In this document: positions 26,399-29,270 of the stretch, piece by piece
Numbering within the stretch: the stretch's first letter is position 1
Layout: every line of letters starts with the position of its first letter
IMG/VR virus record: IMGVR_UViG_3300030061_001980
Location: 1 to 29,270 of that record
DNA length: 29,270 bases
Origin: a virus
Taxonomy: Duplodnaviria; Caudoviricetes
Direction: 5' to 3' (one strand)
The notes under the pieces: generated by a model
What the model saw: only the letters and a program-made list of their open reading frames with translations
Databases searched by the model: none
What the model was told of the DNA's origin: nothing
Translations under genes and position numbers: made by a program

Positions 26399-26499
26399 TT
26401 TTTCTTTCTTTTAAATATATTATCAATCCAACTAGCTGCTTTGTCTAGTGCACCAAAAAAATTATAAATCCACTTATCTATCACTTTTTTTACCGTCAT
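26395..26499 (-). CDS. Small amphipathic peptide (about 34 aa)
   Basis: MTVKKVIDKWIYNFFGALDKAASWIDNIFKRKKK, with an ATGA overlap to the next gene. The start is uncertain. Confidence 0.5.
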   Translation of the reverse strand: MTVKKVIDKWIYNFFGALDKAASWIDNIFKRKKK

Positions 26500-27265
26500 T
26501 TTCAAAAGACATATCATGAGCATATTCTTTGTACTTTTCATAAGTTCTTTTTTCAGCTTTTTCTTCTTCTTCATACATTTTTTTTTCTTCTTCATAACCT
26601 TCCATTAACATTTCGCTTAAGGTTTGTTCTTTTTTTTCCATTTCGTAGAACATTTTATCACTGTCTTCTGTAACCAATCCGTTGTCTTCCGCATCCCAAT
26701 ATGTAGTTTGAACTTTATAGTCTGGCCAACTGTTATCAGTAGTATAACTATTAATGTGCCACAAAATACGATTATTAGGCTGAGCTGCATAATTACCGTT
26801 AGCAAGAGCCAATATATGTGCACACTTATGTTCTTGAGGAATTTCAGAATGTTCAACATCTAAAATATTAACATCTGGGTGGCCCCAGTCAATTGTGAAT
26901 AGATATTCACCATGATAAAATTTTTTATCTAAACCTAAATATTTACCCTTTACACCAGCCAACCAATCAAACTTATGAACACTAGGCCAATAACTAAAAC
27001 AGTTCCACAATTCCAACTCGTGCGTCTGCATATTCGGCACATCGGCTCTATCATGTGATTTTTGGAAAAACGCTGAGATAGGCAAACGCCAAAAGCATGC
27101 ACCATTTGGTAACATGATATTGAATAAGATTGCACGACCTGATATGGATGTAAGGCCGAAGATAACACATTCTTCACTTTCTCCGTGATGTTTTTTAAGA
27201 TCATATAAATACTCCTTTTTTACTTTACAATATATAGGTGGTATATTAGCATTTAGGTAAGACAT
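26474..27265 (-). CDS. Conserved phage hypothetical protein with charged C-terminal tail
   Basis: YLNANIP, RLPISAF, LWNCFS, YLFTIDW, EHKC.H and QPNNR motifs. Confidence 0.75.
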   Translation of the reverse strand: MSYLNANIPPIYCKVKKEYLYDLKKHHGESEECVIFGLTSISGRAILFNIMLPNGACFWRLPISAFFQKSHDRADVPNMQTHELELWNCFSYWPSVHKFDWLAGVKGKYLGLDKKFYHGEYLFTIDWGHPDVNILDVEHSEIPQEHKCAHILALANGNYAAQPNNRILWHINSYTTDNSWPDYKVQTTYWDAEDNGLVTEDSDKMFYEMEKKEQTLSEMLMEGYEEEKKMYEEEEKAEKRTYEKYKEYAHDMSFENDGKKSDR

Positions 27266-27268
27266 AGT

Positions 27269-27577
27269 CTAACACTTCCATCTACGTCTCGCTTGTCTTA
27301 TTCTTGAATTAGGATCTTTAGCTGCTTTTGGAAATTTTTTCATTTGTCCTAACGATCTTGCACAATATGATTTTCTTCTAGCTGCTCTTTTCTTACCTGG
27401 ATTATCTTCTGTAACTGCAGTTTTTAATTTGCTTCCAGGATTTTTTCTTCTGTAAGCCATTACTCCAGCTTGAGTCATTCCCGCTCCACTTTTTGTAGAA
27501 CGGAAATTCTTTTTATTTCTAGGTGGCATTCCACCTTTTTTTAATTCGATTATATCAGCGTAATAATCTAAATTCAT
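27269..27577 (-). CDS. Basic small protein
   Basis: GAGMT.AGV.AYRRKNPGSKL...RRKSYCARS.G...RRRWKC, very K/R-rich. Confidence 0.75.
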   Translation of the reverse strand: MNLDYYADIIELKKGGMPPRNKKNFRSTKSGAGMTQAGVMAYRRKNPGSKLKTAVTEDNPGKKRAARRKSYCARSLGQMKKFPKAAKDPNSRIRQARRRWKC

Positions 27578-27578
27578 T

Positions 27579-27866
27579 TTAAGTAAATGAAATAGTTACA
27601 CCACCAGTGCCAGCAATAGTTGCATGAATACCATCTGCAAAAAATATTCCATTTCCTGGTAAGTAAATATCTAAACCCTCAGTTCCAAAAAGATAAGTTG
27701 CAATAACATCTCCTGAACCACCTCCAGATCTAAATATAATTGAGCCACTAGCATTTCCTTTAGCTTGAATAGAAGTTAATCTTGCTCTTCCTCCTACGGC
27801 TACCATTTGAGTTGTAGAAGTTGCATGTGCACTCGACTGGTCTGATGAAAAACTTGATCCACCCAT
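27579..27866 (-). CDS. Small beta-rich virion protein
   Basis: 95 aa with an AGGAG RBS and the IYLPGNGIFFADGIHA motif, two genes after the capsid. Confidence 0.65.
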   Translation of the reverse strand: MGGSSFSSDQSSAHATSTTQMVAVGGRARLTSIQAKGNASGSIIFRSGGGSGDVIATYLFGTEGLDIYLPGNGIFFADGIHATIAGTGGVTISFT

Positions 27867-27883
27867 AATTTTCTCCTTTAGTT

Positions 27884-27903
27884 GTGGCTCCAGAAGGAGC
27901 CAC
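27884..27903 (-). other. Intergenic stem-loop without U tract
   Basis: GTGGCTCC-TTCT-GGAGCCAC, a perfect 8-bp stem just before the RBS. Confidence 0.7.
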
Positions 27904-27913
27904 TAATTATTTA

Positions 27914-28459
27914 TTACTGTGCATCAAAAGGTGTTGCAAGTGTTCCATTACCAAGTAACTGACCCTCTACAGCATATAAGTTAGCTGCGATTGCAGTAAA
28001 TTTGATTCTTGAACCTGCTAAACCACCTGTTGTAGCGTTAGATCCACCAGCTTCACCATTAAGGTTAACTTCATTATCATTAGTTGTAACTTGAAATTGT
28101 TTACCAGCTACTGACGCAGTAATACCGACTGTAGCAGCACCAACAAATTTGTCAGCTGTGTTAGCAGTCTTGATAGTTCCTGTGAAATTATCAATAAAAA
28201 GAATTTCAAAAGTTGTACCAATTGTATTTGCATTATTTGGATCACTTCCTGGACCTGCAATAGCAGAATCAGCAGTTGAAACAATTGCAGGTAAAGTTAT
28301 TGCAGTAGGTGTTCCAGTGGGATCCATTGTTACAAGTCTACCTGCGTGATCAGCAACTGTTAAATCTGTTGCTAAAAGTTCTGCTTTAACTGCATTTGGT
28401 CCTAAGTTAATAAAACCATTTTTTGATCGGACTGGTCCGTCAAATGTTGTATTTGCCAT
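27914..28459 (-). CDS. Putative capsid decoration/minor head protein
   Basis: MANTTFDGPVRS..GF, ITLPA and Ala/Thr/Gly-rich. First gene after the MCP, with an AGGAG RBS. Confidence 0.6.
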   Translation of the reverse strand: MANTTFDGPVRSKNGFINLGPNAVKAELLATDLTVADHAGRLVTMDPTGTPTAITLPAIVSTADSAIAGPGSDPNNANTIGTTFEILFIDNFTGTIKTANTADKFVGAATVGITASVAGKQFQVTTNDNEVNLNGEAGGSNATTGGLAGSRIKFTAIAANLYAVEGQLLGNGTLATPFDAQ

Positions 28460-28486
28460 AATATTTTCTCCTTTGTATAGCTTTAA

Positions 28487-28546
28487 ATTTTGTAGTCTCT
28501 ATACCGTCTGCCTAGTCAGTCTACAAAATAATTTATTTTCTAGGTC
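28487..28546 (-). ncRNA. Pseudoknotted structured RNA, probably the Mu-gpT-DE motif
   Basis: CCUAG (28540-28544) pairs with CUAGG (28511-28515), interleaved with AUUUUGUAG (28521-28529) pairing with CUACAAAAU (28487-28495). It lies downstream of a gpT-like capsid gene. Confidence 0.6.
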
Positions 28547-28551
28547 TTTTT

Positions 28552-28580
28552 ATTATACACAAAAAAAGGGGCAGTGTGAA
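28552..28580 (-). promoter_or_regulatory. Sigma70-like promoter embedded in the terminator
   Basis: TTCACA (28575-28580), 17 nt spacer, TATAAT (28552-28557). Confidence 0.65.
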
Positions 28581-28593
28581 CACCGCCCCTTTT
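28561..28593 (-). terminator. Rho-independent terminator after the major capsid gene
   Basis: AAAA-GGGGCGGTG-TTCA-CACTGCCCC-TTTTTTT: a 9-bp stem with one G-U pair and a U7 tail. Confidence 0.88.
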
Positions 28594-28617
28594 AAGTAAT
28601 ACTAATTGTATTATTTA

Positions 28618-29268
28618 TTAACTAGTTGGTAAGTTTCCGTTACCAAAGATTGCTCTAGGATCTGAGAATCCAAAAGAGTATCTTTCTCTAGCTTTAAATC
28701 TTACGTTACCAGTATCGAAGTCACCTTCAATCGCAGTTTTGATTGGTGATCTAACGAAATGTTTCATTCCATTAGGTACATCAGTCATTAGGTAGTACGA
28801 GTCAGTATCAGTTAAGAAATTATTAACTGAGTATCCTTCTGGTACCATACCCATTGAAGCGATTGCGTTGATATCGTTATCAGCTGTTGAAGTTCTCTGA
28901 GGAGACTTCATTAATCTCTCAGCAGTAAATTGTAATTCTTTTGGAATTATCATCTTTCTACCTTGAGTAGCGATTCTTAGACCTCTTTCGTCTACGAATC
29001 CAGCGATGTCGATTAACGACTGCTCTAATGAAGTTTCATTAAGATCTGCAGCTACTGTAAGAACATTTGAAAATGTTCCGCCAGTCGCTAATGGGTGTGC
29101 GTTAGAAATTAACGGTACCCCGTCTCCACCAGTAACAGCAGCGAACTGTGCTTGGTTAAGTACGTTAGCAGCTTTAACTTGCTTCGTGTTTGACATAGAT
29201 CTTGCAAGAGCTCTTGTGTATCTTGCAGCTAATCTGTCATATAGGTTGTCTTCGATTGCTTCTTCAGT
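28618..29268 (-). CDS. Major capsid protein (Mu gpT-like, HK97 fold), 5'-truncated
   Basis: The frame is open to the window edge (TEEAIEDNLYDRLAARYTRALARSM...), with DERGL.I, IIPKELQF.AERL and GDFDTGNVRFKARERYSFG.SDPR. It is followed by a strong terminator. Confidence 0.88.
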   Translation of the reverse strand, partial: TEEAIEDNLYDRLAARYTRALARSMSNTKQVKAANVLNQAQFAAVTGGDGVPLISNAHPLATGGTFSNVLTVAADLNETSLEQSLIDIAGFVDERGLRIATQGRKMIIPKELQFTAERLMKSPQRTSTADNDINAIASMGMVPEGYSVNNFLTDTDSYYLMTDVPNGMKHFVRSPIKTAIEGDFDTGNVRFKARERYSFGFSDPRAIFGNGNLPTS

Positions 29269-29270
29269 GA

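Noticed and set aside
26500-26595. Lys-rich N-terminal extension of the 26395 ORF
   Set aside because: It is an off-frame read of the GAA-rich tail of the 263-aa gene.
9690-27204. Nested minus-strand alternative-frame ORFs (9690-9887, 17711-17893, 21529-21714, 26617-26859, 26950-27204)
   Set aside because: They lie wholly inside longer genes, without RBS or motif support.
1970-28349. Plus-strand ORFs in the track (e.g. 1970-2245, 12952-13326, 23161-23583, 23676-24068)
   Set aside because: They are antisense shadows of well-supported minus-strand genes, with no recognisable motifs.
28487-28546. Hammerhead or other known self-cleaving ribozyme
   Set aside because: CUGACUA does not fit the CUGANGA...GAAA core, and no other ribozyme consensus was recognised by eye.
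1-29270. tRNA, CRISPR array, integrase, diversity-generating retroelement or alternative genetic code
   Set aside because: No cloverleaf, spacer array, recombinase, reverse transcriptase or TR/VR pair was seen, and genes tile densely under the standard code.

Overview
This AT-rich window is a 29 kb piece of a dsDNA tailed phage genome, probably a marine podovirus-like phage of the uncultured pelagiphage/uvMED-like type (host and lineage are inference). Almost all genes lie on the minus strand and form a late operon. From right to left it runs: truncated major capsid protein (Mu gpT-like), capsid accessory and small basic proteins, a membrane-protein/M15 peptidase lysis-like block, two adaptor-like proteins, tail and tail-fibre genes, a cassette of 2OG-Fe(II) oxygenases, a P22 gp10-like stabilisation protein, a flavin-dependent halogenase with two glycosyltransferases, ejection-like proteins and a PD-(D/E)XK exonuclease. 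A SNF2 helicase converges from the left on the plus strand. Highlights: (1) a sigma70-type promoter built into the capsid terminator, firing into a pseudoknotted leader resembling the Mu-gpT-DE RNA; (2) a candidate hydroxylation/halogenation/glycosylation system among the tail genes; (3) a recurrent hydrophobic/basic-x-x-GG motif in putative core proteins; (4) a type-1 copper-like site on a tail protein; (5) several promoters placed for leaderless mRNAs; (6) four micro-ORFs missing from the ORF track. No tRNA, rRNA, CRISPR array or integrase was seen. All family calls come from motif recognition by eye, not database searches.
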